NCBI GenBank assembly: GCA_963693665.1
Contig: CAVOAK010000003.1
Coordinates: 1 to 46,707, forward strand
Direction of reading: 5' to 3'
Source: Alphaproteobacteria bacterium
GTDB lineage: Bacteria > Pseudomonadota > Alphaproteobacteria > UBA8366 > CAVOAK01
Length of the DNA: 46,707 nt
Positions 1 to 10,400 of the stretch are shown one piece after another (positions within the stretch are counted from its first letter, which is position 1; each line of letters begins with the position of its first letter). The notes under the pieces were generated by a model, which saw only the letters and a program-made list of their open reading frames with translations, made no database searches and was not told the origin of the DNA. The translations under genes and the position numbers were made by a program.

Positions 1-510
1 GTTGTTGGCTCGAAAGGTGTGCGTCTCGACATAGAGGTACTAATCGACCGGCCCGAGCAAGTTGGTGCAGATAGGCTTGCCAATGCAGTTGGCGCCTATG
101 CTCGCCACAAAGGCCCCCTGATTGTTATCGATTTTGGCACTGCGACCACGTTCGATGTGATTGACGGAGACGGTAATTATCGCGGTAGCGCATTCGCGCC
201 AGGTATCAATCTTTCCCTTGAAGCGCTCCATATGCGTGCCGCAAAACTACCGCGCGTCGAAATTCGGCCAACAAGTTCGGTCATCGGCAATACAACAGAA
301 ACTGCAATGCAAGCAGGATTGTACTGGGGCTATGTCGGAATGATTGAGGGTTTAGTGGCGCGCATTCGTAGCGAGTATGGAGAAGCCTTGAACGTTGTCG
401 CAACTGGCGGTCTGGCGCCGCTCTTCGCTGATGCAACTGATGCCATTCAGCAATCTGATCCTGATATGACCATTCGCGGACTTTGTATGATTTACGAGCT
501 TAATCGTTGA
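1..510 (+). CDS. coaX: Type III pantothenate kinase (5'-partial; frame open from base 1)
   Basis: Motifs [22 protein letters not shown]...AAKLP, VATGG; position upstream of rnj matches alphaproteobacterial synteny. Confidence 0.95.
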   Translation, partial: VVGSKGVRLDIEVLIDRPEQVGADRLANAVGAYARHKGPLIVIDFGTATTFDVIDGDGNYRGSAFAPGINLSLEALHMRAAKLPRVEIRPTSSVIGNTTETAMQAGLYWGYVGMIEGLVARIRSEYGEALNVVATGGLAPLFADATDAIQQSDPDMTIRGLCMIYELNR

Positions 511-1934
511 CGGTACTCCACGTCGTTTCAACGCCAGATGCCGACGAATTGGTGTTTCTGCCTCTCGGCGGGACTGGTGAAATCGGCATGAACCTCAATC
601 TTTATGGCCATGCGGGTAAGTGGCTCATGGTCGATTTGGGAGTCATGTTCCGCGATAAATCTTCGTTTGAGCTCGATGTGATCATGGCTGATCCGGGTTT
701 TATTTCCGAGCGTCGGGACGACATTGTGGGCCTTGTCCTCACTCACGCCCATGAAGATCATATTGGCGCTGTGCCTTATCTTTGGACGCAGCTTCGATGC
801 CCGATCTACGCAACGCCGTTTACAGCAAGTCTTGTTGCAAGAAAGTTAAGGGAAGCGGGTCTTGCAAAGAAGGCAAAGATTACCGAAGTCCCGATGTCCG
901 GCAAATTCGACGTGGGACCTTTTTCAATCGAACTCGTCACGCTCACGCATTCAATTCCGGAACCCAACGCTGTTGTCATCCGTACTTCGCTTGGGACCGT
1001 TGTTCATACTGGCGACTGGAAACTTGATCCAGGCCCATTGGTCGGACCGAGTGTGGATGAAGAGGCACTTATTAACATCGGCAAGTCCGGCGTCCTTGCA
1101 ACGGTGTGTGATTCGACTAACGCGCTTGTCAAGGGTAGATCTGGTTCGGAAGCAAATCTGAGACGCAGCCTTGTGGACATCATTGGCCGTTTTGAACAGC
1201 GCGTTGCTGTTGGGTGTTTTGCCAGCAACGTTGCGCGCCTGGAGACCCTGGCCATCGCCGCGGAAGCAAATGGTCGTTATGCCGCGCTCGTTGGTCGCAG
1301 CCTGTGGCGGATGTACGATGCGGCGCGGGAAAATGGCTATCTGACGGACATACCCGATTTTCTCACACCGAAGGAAGCAGGTTATCTGCCACGTGAGGAA
1401 GTACTTTTAATTTGTACCGGGAGTCAGGGTGAGGCGAGAGCGACGCTTCCTCGCGTCGCTGCTGGACGCCATCCTGAGATCACCCTCGAAAAAGGCGATG
1501 CGACGATATTTTCAAGCCGTATCATTCCCGGCAACGAAGAGTCTATTGAGCGCTTACAAGTTCGTTTGATGGAGATGGGTGTCGACGTTGTTACGGCAGA
1601 GGACGAATTCGTTCATGTCTCCGGGCATCCTGCTCGTGACGAGTTACGGCAGATGTATGAATGGCTGCGGCCCCGCATAGCAATCCCCGTACATGGCGAA
1701 CATGCTCATCTGGATGCGCACGCCATACTGGCGCGCGATTGTCACGTGCCCAACGTGCTGCGAATTGAAAATGGCGATATGGTAAAGCTTGCGCCCGGGC
1801 GAGCGCACATCGTTGGCAAGGTGAGGTCGGGACGATTGGGTATAGAGCGCGGTGAGCTTATCCAACTCGAACCTGGTGCCGTACCTTCCCACAAAAAGAC
1901 ACGGAGAGTTGACGTGGCGATGGCCGGCGAGTGA
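507..1934 (+). CDS. rnj: Ribonuclease J (metallo-beta-lactamase/beta-CASP), apparently lacking the C-terminal domain
   Basis: [41 protein letters not shown] motifs; 475 aa; TTG start overlaps coaX stop. Confidence 0.93.
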   Translation: MTVLHVVSTPDADELVFLPLGGTGEIGMNLNLYGHAGKWLMVDLGVMFRDKSSFELDVIMADPGFISERRDDIVGLVLTHAHEDHIGAVPYLWTQLRCPIYATPFTASLVARKLREAGLAKKAKITEVPMSGKFDVGPFSIELVTLTHSIPEPNAVVIRTSLGTVVHTGDWKLDPGPLVGPSVDEEALINIGKSGVLATVCDSTNALVKGRSGSEANLRRSLVDIIGRFEQRVAVGCFASNVARLETLAIAAEANGRYAALVGRSLWRMYDAARENGYLTDIPDFLTPKEAGYLPREEVLLICTGSQGEARATLPRVAAGRHPEITLEKGDATIFSSRIIPGNEESIERLQVRLMEMGVDVVTAEDEFVHVSGHPARDELRQMYEWLRPRIAIPVHGEHAHLDAHAILARDCHVPNVLRIENGDMVKLAPGRAHIVGKVRSGRLGIERGELIQLEPGAVPSHKKTRRVDVAMAGE

Positions 1935-1986
1935 CAGCTGTAAAAGCATCGATTTTGGTACTTTTTCGACGCGCATGGCAGGGAGT

Positions 1987-2391
1987 ATGATCGGACGTCT
2001 CAATCACGTCGCCATAGCCGTGCCGGATTTGGACACTGCCGCCGCAATCTACCGCGATACGCTGGGAGCCAAAGTGACACTGCCAATCGAGCAAACCACG
2101 CATGGCGTTACAATCGTCTTTGTAGATCTTGGTAATACGCGGATCGAGCTTATTTCGCCTCTGGGTGCCAACTCACCCATTTCAAACTTTCTTGAGAGGC
2201 ATCCAGAAGGCGGTATTCATCACGTCTGTTACGAGGTTGATGATATTGCTACAGCGCGCGACTGCCTCGTTAGATCAGGCGCACGCGTATTGGGGAACGG
2301 CGAACCCGAACCCGGGGCCCATGGCAAGCCAGTCCTGTTTCTGCATCCGAAAGATTTCTGTGGAACACTCATCGAGCTCGAACAGGCCTGA
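1987..2391 (+). CDS. mce: Methylmalonyl-CoA epimerase (VOC fold)
   Basis: MIGRLNHVAIAVPD...GGIHHVCYEV...GAHGKPVLFLHPKDFCGTLIELEQ; ATG at 1987 with GGGAG upstream, preferred over the longer ORF from 1852. Confidence 0.93.
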   Translation: MIGRLNHVAIAVPDLDTAAAIYRDTLGAKVTLPIEQTTHGVTIVFVDLGNTRIELISPLGANSPISNFLERHPEGGIHHVCYEVDDIATARDCLVRSGARVLGNGEPEPGAHGKPVLFLHPKDFCGTLIELEQA

Positions 2392-2394
2392 AAA

Positions 2395-2631
2395 ATGACT
2401 ATTGTAAGCGCCATTGTGACGTATCTTATTATTTGGTGGCTTGTCTTGTTTATGGTTCTCCCTTGGGGCAATCGTCCGCGAGACTTGCCTGAACTTGGGC
2501 ACGCTCCAAGTGCACCGGAAAATCCGCGTATATGGCTAAAGTTTTCTGTAACGACCGGTATGTCGTTAATTTTTCTTCTCGTCGTATGGGGCGTTACTGA
2601 AACTGGCTGGATTAACTTTCGGGAGTCGTAA
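2395..2631 (+). CDS. DUF1467-family small membrane protein
   Basis: 78 aa, two hydrophobic segments, IWWLVLFMVLPWG and G..PSAP.NP pattern; usual position after mce. Confidence 0.85.
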   Translation: MTIVSAIVTYLIIWWLVLFMVLPWGNRPRDLPELGHAPSAPENPRIWLKFSVTTGMSLIFLLVVWGVTETGWINFRES

Positions 2632-2632
2632 C

Positions 2633-3184
2633 ATGAGCTGGTACTGCGACTTTGCGATGGATCACCCCTATCATGGGCCCTATCACGACGCTGAATACGG
2701 CTTTCCGACCGATGACGAATTCGTGCTTTTCGAACGGCTTTGTCTTGAGATAAATCAGGCCGGTCTCTCATGGTTGACGGTCTTAAAAAAACGTGAGGCC
2801 TTCACGACAGCATACGAGCATTTCGACGTTGACCGTGTGGCGAAATACGGTGCGCGTGATCGCCAACGCTTACTTTCAGACTCTGGTATCATTCGCAATC
2901 GCCTGAAAGTCGATGCTGTGATCGCAAATGCGCAGACAATTTTGGCAATGCGAGACAGCGATGGTGGATTTGCCGCTTGGCTAGCGGCCCATCATCCATT
3001 GCAAAAAGCTGATTGGGTTGCGCTGTTCAAGAAGACATTTCGCTTCACGGGAGGAGAAATTACCGGCGAGTTTCTTATGAGCATCGGGTATTTACCAGGC
3101 ACACATCGGCTCGACTGTCCTATATACCGGCAGATTGCCGAACTCGCACCGCCCTGGATGTCCGTCGACAAGAACTTCTGGTAA
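2633..3184 (+). CDS. tag: DNA-3-methyladenine glycosylase I
   Basis: YHD.EYG.P, LFERL.LEINQAGLSW, GIIRNRLK, C-terminal H...C completing a C/H/H/C Zn site. Confidence 0.92.
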   Translation: MSWYCDFAMDHPYHGPYHDAEYGFPTDDEFVLFERLCLEINQAGLSWLTVLKKREAFTTAYEHFDVDRVAKYGARDRQRLLSDSGIIRNRLKVDAVIANAQTILAMRDSDGGFAAWLAAHHPLQKADWVALFKKTFRFTGGEITGEFLMSIGYLPGTHRLDCPIYRQIAELAPPWMSVDKNFW

Positions 3185-3511
3185 AGAAAAAAACAAAAAA
3201 AAGGCAAGTGCTCATTTCTGAACGCCGGCCTGTTTATAAATTTTTTATTTTTTCCAGTGGGTTACGTTAAGCACCCGCCCTCATCCGACCGTTTATACGA
3301 TCGCTTTTTTTGGCTCCCTGAACCTTGGCCGCGACTTCGAAAGATTTTCTCTTTCACGCAGAGGCAAGTGTACGGAACTCGCCGAACGACGTCACTCATT
3401 TTCTTGCGACTCGACGCAAAATTGAAAAATTTATGGGCTGGAATTTTGACGGACATTTCCCGCCCGGACATTAAATTTGCAAACGGCATGAGGGCTGCAT
3501 TAGGTTGGGGT

Positions 3512-3915
3512 ATGCGTATCCTCATTCGCTTATTCGGACTTCTGTCACCCTAACCGCAGTCCCAACAGTGTTTGCCGCTGACGCCATAAAAGTTCAGATC
3601 ACGCCAAAGGATTGCGCACGGGTTGTTGATCATGTTTCGACGAGCGACGTGGAATTTAAGGCTGGTGTAGACGCCCACAGTCGCCCTGTCGCACCAGCCG
3701 ACCTGGCCGGAAGCACACTCAAAGTTTCATTACCTGACGTGTTGGAGTTCGATATTGCGTTCAATTCACTGAGTGGAACCGCCGCGACCAAGTTTGGTGA
3801 AATATCTCTGTCCGTTGGCAAAATACGCTACGACTTCAATCGTCGAAAAATTACCTTTAATGGCCAATCGATTGGCGGTGACGACTTAGCTGTCCTTGCT
3901 GAAAAGTGCCGTTAA
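3512..3915 (+). pseudogene. Putative secreted hypothetical protein with a 1-nt frameshift in its signal peptide (pseudogene or sequence error)
   Basis: ATG 3512 gives MRILIRLFGLL then stops at 3551-3553; moving to the 3505 frame near 3543 continues VTLTAVPTVFA-ADAIKV...DC...GVDAHSRPVAPADL, completing a canonical signal peptide. Confidence 0.6.
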
Positions 3916-4028
3916 TTACTTAAATCTGAGAAATGAGTCAGTTTGCAAATAGACAATCTGTCAGCCGTTTCATAAGGTCTTAGCGAACCGCAACGATGCG
4001 GCCGCAAAACTGCGAAATTGCCGCCTAT

Positions 4029-5351
4029 ATGCGCCTAACTCACTATTTCATGCCGACGCTTAGGGAAAACCCGAGCGAAGCACAAATCGTCTCCCATCGA
4101 CTCATGCTGCGTGCCGGCATGATCCGACAGGCGAGCGCAGGTATATATTCCTGGCTGCCGCTTGGCTTCCGTGTACTCAAGCGAATAGAGCAAATTGTCC
4201 GTGAAGAACAAGACGCCGCTGGGGCACAGGAAATGCTCATGCCGACGATCCAATCGGCCGATTTATGGGTTAAATCTGGGCGTTATGACGATTACGGTAA
4301 AGAGATGCTGCGCATCCGTGACCGCCACGAACATGAATTGCTTTTTGGCCCAACAAATGAAGAGCTTATTACAAATATTTTCGCACAAGAAGTTAAGAGT
4401 TATCGTGATCTTCCAAAGAACCTTTATCATATCCAGTGGAAGTTTCGCGATGAAATCCGTCCCCGATTTGGAATTATGCGCGGGCGCGAGTTTTATATGA
4501 AAGATGCCTATTCCTTCGACCTTGACGCAGGCTTAGGTCGCGCCGCGTATAACAAGATGTTTGTGAGTTATCTGCGAACCTTTGCGCGGTTAGGGCTGAA
4601 AGGTATTCCCATGCGTGCTGATACGGGTCCAATTGGCGGTGAATTGAGCCATGAGTTCATCATTCTCGCAGATACAGGTGAAAGCAGCGTGTATTGCCAC
4701 CGAAGCCTGACTGATCGTGATGTCATGAGTGAGGACATTGATTATCAGGCAGATTTGCAGCCGGTGATCGATAGTTGGACTGCCCCGTACGCTGCAACTG
4801 ACGAAATGCACGATAATGTGCGTTTTGAGGCTGAAGTTCTGCCTGAAGACCGTATTTCGGCGCGCGGTATTGAAGTCGGGCATATATTTTTCTTTGGCAC
4901 CAAATATTCGGAAAAATTGGGCGCATATGTGGCAACGCAGAGCGGCGATCGAGTGGCAGTGCACATGGGGTCCTACGGCATTGGCGTATCACGCCTTGTT
5001 GGCGCGATCATCGAGGCTAACCATGACGAATCTGGCATTATTTGGCCGGAAAGCGTCGCCCCGTTCCATGTCGGTCTCATCAATCTCAAAGTCGGCGACC
5101 GTGCTTGCGACCAGCAGTGTGAGGAGTTTTACACAAAACTTCGGGCACACGGTGTTGAAGTTCTCTATGACGACCGAGATGAGAGAGCCGGCATGAAATT
5201 CGCCGAAATGGAGTTGATTGGCCTGCCTTGGCAACTTGTTGTTGGTCCAAGAGGCATTTGCAACGGGATGGTTGAGGTTCGAAACAGGCGTACCGGTGAG
5301 CACGAAGAATTAAGCGTAGAAGCGGCATTACCACGTATCTTCGGGACTTAA
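4029..5351 (+). CDS. proS: Proline--tRNA ligase (short alphaproteobacterial form without the INS editing domain)
   Basis: [56 protein letters not shown]; start set at ATG 4029. Confidence 0.97.
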   Translation: MRLTHYFMPTLRENPSEAQIVSHRLMLRAGMIRQASAGIYSWLPLGFRVLKRIEQIVREEQDAAGAQEMLMPTIQSADLWVKSGRYDDYGKEMLRIRDRHEHELLFGPTNEELITNIFAQEVKSYRDLPKNLYHIQWKFRDEIRPRFGIMRGREFYMKDAYSFDLDAGLGRAAYNKMFVSYLRTFARLGLKGIPMRADTGPIGGELSHEFIILADTGESSVYCHRSLTDRDVMSEDIDYQADLQPVIDSWTAPYAATDEMHDNVRFEAEVLPEDRISARGIEVGHIFFFGTKYSEKLGAYVATQSGDRVAVHMGSYGIGVSRLVGAIIEANHDESGIIWPESVAPFHVGLINLKVGDRACDQQCEEFYTKLRAHGVEVLYDDRDERAGMKFAEMELIGLPWQLVVGPRGICNGMVEVRNRRTGEHEELSVEAALPRIFGT

Positions 5352-5354
5352 CCG

Positions 5355-6599
5355 ATGTTTTCTGTCTTCGAGCGGCTCGTTGCCTTTCGCTACCTCCGAG
5401 CACGGCGTCAGGAAGGCTTCATCTCGATTATTGCCTGGTTCAGCCTGCTTGGGATCACCTTGGGTGTAGCAACGTTGATCATCGTTATGGCGGTGATGAA
5501 TGGGTTTCGCGAAGAACTGCTGACGCGGGTTCTTGGCCTCAATGGTCACATAAACATCGCTGCCACGGAGCGCCAGTTGATGGACTTCGATGACCTGGCT
5601 GACCGGGTAAGGGCCACGGAAGGCGTTGCTGTGGTCACGCCAATCATCGAGGCGCAAGTCATGGCCAGCGCGAATAATATCGCATCTGGTGCGGTTGTAC
5701 GTGGGCTGAGGGCTGCTGATTTTGCGGCGAAACCGATTCTGGCTGGCAATTTGAAAGCTGGTTCAATGGAACAATTCTCTGAAAATAGGGGAATATTTCT
5801 GGGTACCAGACTAGCGCGCCGGATGGCGCTGTCCGTTGGGGATCACGTCACCCTGATATCGCCGAACGGCAATCCAAGCGCGTTCGGGACGGTCCCGCGT
5901 ATGAAGGCCTACCGCGTGGTTGGTACAGTCGAGATTGGCATGTTCGAGTACGACAATAATTTCATCTATATGCCGCTTGCCTTAGCCCAGCAGTTTTTCC
6001 GACTCCGCGGCGCTGTATCCTCACTTGAGATCGTTCTCAATAACGCCGATGACGCTCGTGCAACGCGGTTACAGATAGGCAATGATCTCGGTCCGATCGG
6101 CTATGTACGTGATTGGCAGCAGGTACATTCCAGTTTTTTTACGGCGCTTCAGGTTGAACGTAACGTGATGTTTCTAATTCTGACGCTCATAATCCTCATT
6201 GCGGCCTTCAATATCGTTTCGAGCCAGATCATGCTGGTCAATGATAAGAGCAAGGGAATCGCAATATTGCGAACGCTCGGAGCGACGAGAGGGATGATTC
6301 TGCGAATATTCTTTATCACCGGCGCAAGCGTTGGCGTCGCTGGAACCGTCGCCGGAAGCATTCTGGGGGTTACGTTCGCGCTCAATATCGAATCTATTAG
6401 ACGCTCCATCGAAATGTTCTCCGATATCGACTTGTTTCAAGCCGAAATCTACTTTCTCTCTCAACTCCCGGCGAAGATTGAAAATGCTGAGGTAATTTTG
6501 GTTATTGGCATGGCCCTCGCACTGTCGTTCCTTGCCTCCATCTATCCGGCTTGGCGTGCAGCACGGCTCGATCCGGTCGAGCTGTTGCGTTATGAGTGA
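5355..6599 (+). CDS. lolE: Lipoprotein-releasing ABC transporter permease LolC/E
   Basis: A.RYLR, GI.LGVA.LI.VMAVMNGF, AAFNI, IAILRTLGA, YPAWRAARLDPVE.LRYE. Confidence 0.95.
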   Translation: MFSVFERLVAFRYLRARRQEGFISIIAWFSLLGITLGVATLIIVMAVMNGFREELLTRVLGLNGHINIAATERQLMDFDDLADRVRATEGVAVVTPIIEAQVMASANNIASGAVVRGLRAADFAAKPILAGNLKAGSMEQFSENRGIFLGTRLARRMALSVGDHVTLISPNGNPSAFGTVPRMKAYRVVGTVEIGMFEYDNNFIYMPLALAQQFFRLRGAVSSLEIVLNNADDARATRLQIGNDLGPIGYVRDWQQVHSSFFTALQVERNVMFLILTLIILIAAFNIVSSQIMLVNDKSKGIAILRTLGATRGMILRIFFITGASVGVAGTVAGSILGVTFALNIESIRRSIEMFSDIDLFQAEIYFLSQLPAKIENAEVILVIGMALALSFLASIYPAWRAARLDPVELLRYE

Positions 6600-7305
6600 A
6601 CCTGCGGCGTTTGCGCTTCTGCGCGTCGTCCGCACATACATTCAGGCAGCTGAACGCCTTGAAGTCTTACGTGGTGCATCGCTCAGCATTGCTGCGGGAG
6701 AGCTGGTCGCGCTGACAGGACCATCTGGATCGGGTAAATCGACACTGTTGCACGTAGCTGGACTTCTGGAATGGCCGGATGGAGGTGACGTCGTCGTCAA
6801 CGGAATCTCATGCGCGACGATGTCTGATGATCAACGCACGATCGTCCGGCGCAGACAAATCGGTTTCGTTTATCAGTTTCACCATTTATTGCCAGAATTT
6901 TCAGCACTCGAGAACATTGTGCTTCCCCAACTCATCGCAGGTGTATCGAAAAAAAATGCTGCCGCCTGGGCACACAAGTTGTTGGTTGCCGTCGGCCTTA
7001 AGGATCGGGCGAACCATCGGCCAGCGCGCTTGTCAGGGGGCGAGCAACAACGGGTTGCGATTGCCAGAGCGCTCGCAAACCGACCGCAAATCTTGCTGGC
7101 GGATGAACCTACAGGGAACCTTGATCAGCATACCGCCAATGAGGTTTTCGAAGTTTTGATTGATCTTGTCAAAAAGACCAATCTAGCAGCCCTTATTGCG
7201 ACCCATAATCATGACTTGACGAAGCGAGTGGACCGGGTTGTTAACCTGCAGGAGGGTTTAATCATCGATAATTCCGCGGGCGGGATTAGATCTGCGCCGA
7301 ACTAG
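6592..7305 (+). CDS. lolD: Lipoprotein-releasing ABC transporter ATPase
   Basis: GPSGSGKS, GFVYQFHHLL (LolD signature), LSGGEQQR, LADEPTGNLD; ATG 6592 overlaps the end of lolE. Confidence 0.95.
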   Translation: MSEPAAFALLRVVRTYIQAAERLEVLRGASLSIAAGELVALTGPSGSGKSTLLHVAGLLEWPDGGDVVVNGISCATMSDDQRTIVRRRQIGFVYQFHHLLPEFSALENIVLPQLIAGVSKKNAAAWAHKLLVAVGLKDRANHRPARLSGGEQQRVAIARALANRPQILLADEPTGNLDQHTANEVFEVLIDLVKKTNLAALIATHNHDLTKRVDRVVNLQEGLIIDNSAGGIRSAPN

Positions 7306-7438
7306 AACGCGAATATTGCCTAAATATTATAGATTTTACCAATATCTCCATCGTCCGGTGTCTACCTTCAATTCCAATGCCAGATGTTGCTATACCGTTC
7401 TGGCTGACAAGCGGTAGCCGAACATGCGATTCTAAAAC

Positions 7439-10400
7439 ATGCCTCACGCGGAATTTGTTCACTTGCGGGTCCATACCGCTTATTCGCTTTCAGAGGGCGC
7501 AATCAAAATTGATGCGCTCGCGGCGCTTTGCAAACGACATCGCATGCCTGCGGTTGCAATTACAGATTCTGGAAACCTATTTGGTGCGTTGGAGTTTTCT
7601 GTATCCATGGCAGACGTCGGCGTTCAGCCGATAGTCGGGTGTCAGATTGGTATTCGACGCGAGCAAGAGCAGGTTGCGAGCGGCACGGCACCGGCACCTG
7701 ACCAGCTCGTCCTCTTGGCCAAAGATGCCGAGGGATATGCCAACCTTCTTAAACTTGTCAGCGCCTCATATTTGACAGCCGATGACGGTGAATCGGCTCA
7801 AATTTCCATAGACGCCCTTGAGGAGTATAACACAGGGCTTATAGCGCTTACGGGGGGGGTTAAAGGAGCGATCGGGCGGATGCTCGTCGAAGGGCATGTA
7901 CCGGGTGCAGAAGCGATGCTCAGTCGGCTTCGCAACATATTTGATGACCGCCTTTATGTAGAAATCATGCGCCACGGGATACCCGAAGAGAAACAGACCG
8001 AAACAGACCTAATTGATCTTGCATATCGCTTCGATCTGCCGATTGTCGCAACAAACGATACCTATTTTGCCGAAGCGGAGATGTATGAAGCGCATGACGC
8101 CTTGCTCTGCATCTCGCAAGGTGCCTACGTTTCTCAACGTAATCGCCGTCGTTTAACACCCGAACATCGATTCAAATCGGCCGAGGAGATGTCTGAACTG
8201 TTCTCGGACCTTCCAGAAGCAATCAACAATACTATGGTCATCGCTCAACGCTGCGCGGCTATGGCCGAGACGCGCGATCCTATTTTACCTGTTTATCCAA
8301 AGCTTCATGGCCGTAATGAAATGGATGTCCTGCGCGAGATGGCGACCGCGGGATTGCAAAAGCGGTTCGACGCGCGAATCTGTGACACAACAATGACCGA
8401 GGAGGATCGTCAGGCAGTCGCAACGCCGTATTGTGAGCGACTTGAGAGCGAACTTGGGGTAATTCAAGAAACCGGATTCGCTGGATACTTTCTGATCGTT
8501 GCGGACATTATTCAATGGGCGTTCGCTGAGGGCATACCCGTTGGACCAGGTCGCGGGTCTGGTGCCGGGTCGGTCGTGTCATGGGCTCTGACGATCACCG
8601 ATCTAGATCCACTTCGGTGGGGCCTTGTCTTTGAAAGGTTTCTCAACCCCGAACGCGTGACTTTACCGGATTTCGACCTCGATTTTTGTATGATGCGCCG
8701 AGACGAAGTCATCCGTTATGTCCAAAACGAATATGGCGAGGATAGGGTCGCTCAAATCATCACCTTCGGCAAGCTTCAGGCACGGGCGGTCTTGCGAGAT
8801 GTCGGGCGAGTATTGGAAATTCCTTACGGCCAGGTCGATCGCATCTGCAAGATGGTTCCAAACAACCCCGCCAACCCAGTAACGCTGCAACAAGCAATCA
8901 ATGACGAGCCTGCGCTGCAAACGATGCGCGTGGAAGACGAGCCGGTCGCACGGCTACTCGATACCGCGTTGCATCTGGAAGGCCTCTATCGTCATGCGTC
9001 AACGCACGCTGCTGGAGTCGTTATCGGTGACCGGTCGCTGGACGACCTCGTGCCACTTTACCGTGACCCTCGCTCGGAGATGCCGGTCACGCAATTCAGT
9101 ATGAAATATGTCGAAATGGCCGGTCTCGTTAAGTTCGATTTTTTGGGATTGAAGACACTTACGGTATTGCGCCGAGCAGTTGATATACTCGCTGAGCGCG
9201 GTATCGAGATAGATTTATCGAAGTTGCCACTCGACGATGCGCCGACCTTCCAGTTGTTGTGTGAAGCCGAAACGTCAGGCGTATTTCAGATGGAGAGCTC
9301 TGGAATGCGTGACGTCTTACGAAAACTCCGTCCGGATCGTTTCGAGGACATCATAGCGGTTGTTGCTCTCTATCGACCCGGCCCAATGGACAATATTCCA
9401 AGCTACATAAACCGCAAACACGGTCGTGAAGAGCCAGATTATCTTCATTCCACGCTTGAAGGTATTCTCAAAGAGACCTTCGGTATCATGATCTACCAGG
9501 AACAGGTCCTGCAGATTGCACAGGCGCTATCGGGCTTTACTCTTGGGAGTGCCGATCTCTTGCGCCGTGCCATGGGCAAGAAGATTAAGAAGGAAATGGA
9601 CGCCCAGAATGAGGCGTTCGTCGACGGGGCAGAGTCGAGAGGTGTGGATCGAAAAGCCGCAAGTCGAATTTTCGACCAAGTCGCAAAATTTGCTGGATAT
9701 GGCTTTAACAAGGCCCATGCAGCTGCGTACGCACTCGTTGCTTACCAAACGGCATATCTCAAAGCGAACTATACGGTTGAATTCATGGCTGCTTCGATGT
9801 CCTTCGAGTTTGGCAATACGGAGAAAATCGGTACTTATCGGAGCGATTTAATTAGGCTTGGCATCGAATTATTGCCGCCTGATATAAACCGTTCATTCGC
9901 TGATTTTTCTGTTGAGCAGGCGGAGGATGGAAAGCCCGCCATCCGCTACGCATTGGCGGCACTTAAGAATGTTGGCGCGGCAGCGATGAATGGCATAGTC
10001 GCCGAGCGCAATGAGAACGGACCGTATTCAGATTTGTTCGATCTCGCCCAACGCGTCGATGCGCGCATGGTCAATAAGCGCCAACTTGAATCCCTTGCAA
10101 GCGCCGGCGCATTTGATGCTATCTGCGATAATCGAGGGCAGGCATTTGACGCTGTCGAATATTTAATACGCCACGCCAACGTCGCCCAGAATGACCGCGA
10201 CAGCTCACAGGTGAGTTTATTTGGTTCAGAAACATCGATCGTGCCGCGAAGCGAATTGCCCGATGCCGATGACTGGCCGACAGAGAAAAGGCTGCAGCAG
10301 GAATTTGAAGCGATCGGGTTTTACTTATCGGCCCATCCACTTCAATCATTCACGGAAGAATGCAAGCGTCTAAACATCGTATCATGGTTAGATATTCAAA

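Noticed and set aside
1852-1986. N-terminal extension of the mce ORF
   Set aside because: It overlaps rnj, and the recognisable protein starts at ATG 1987 with an SD. It does not resemble the missing RNase J domain either.
3257-3553. ORFs 3257..3553 (+) and 3262..3525 (-) in the tag-proS spacer
   Set aside because: No recognisable motifs or SD; only the last codons of the + ORF matter, as the frameshifted signal peptide.
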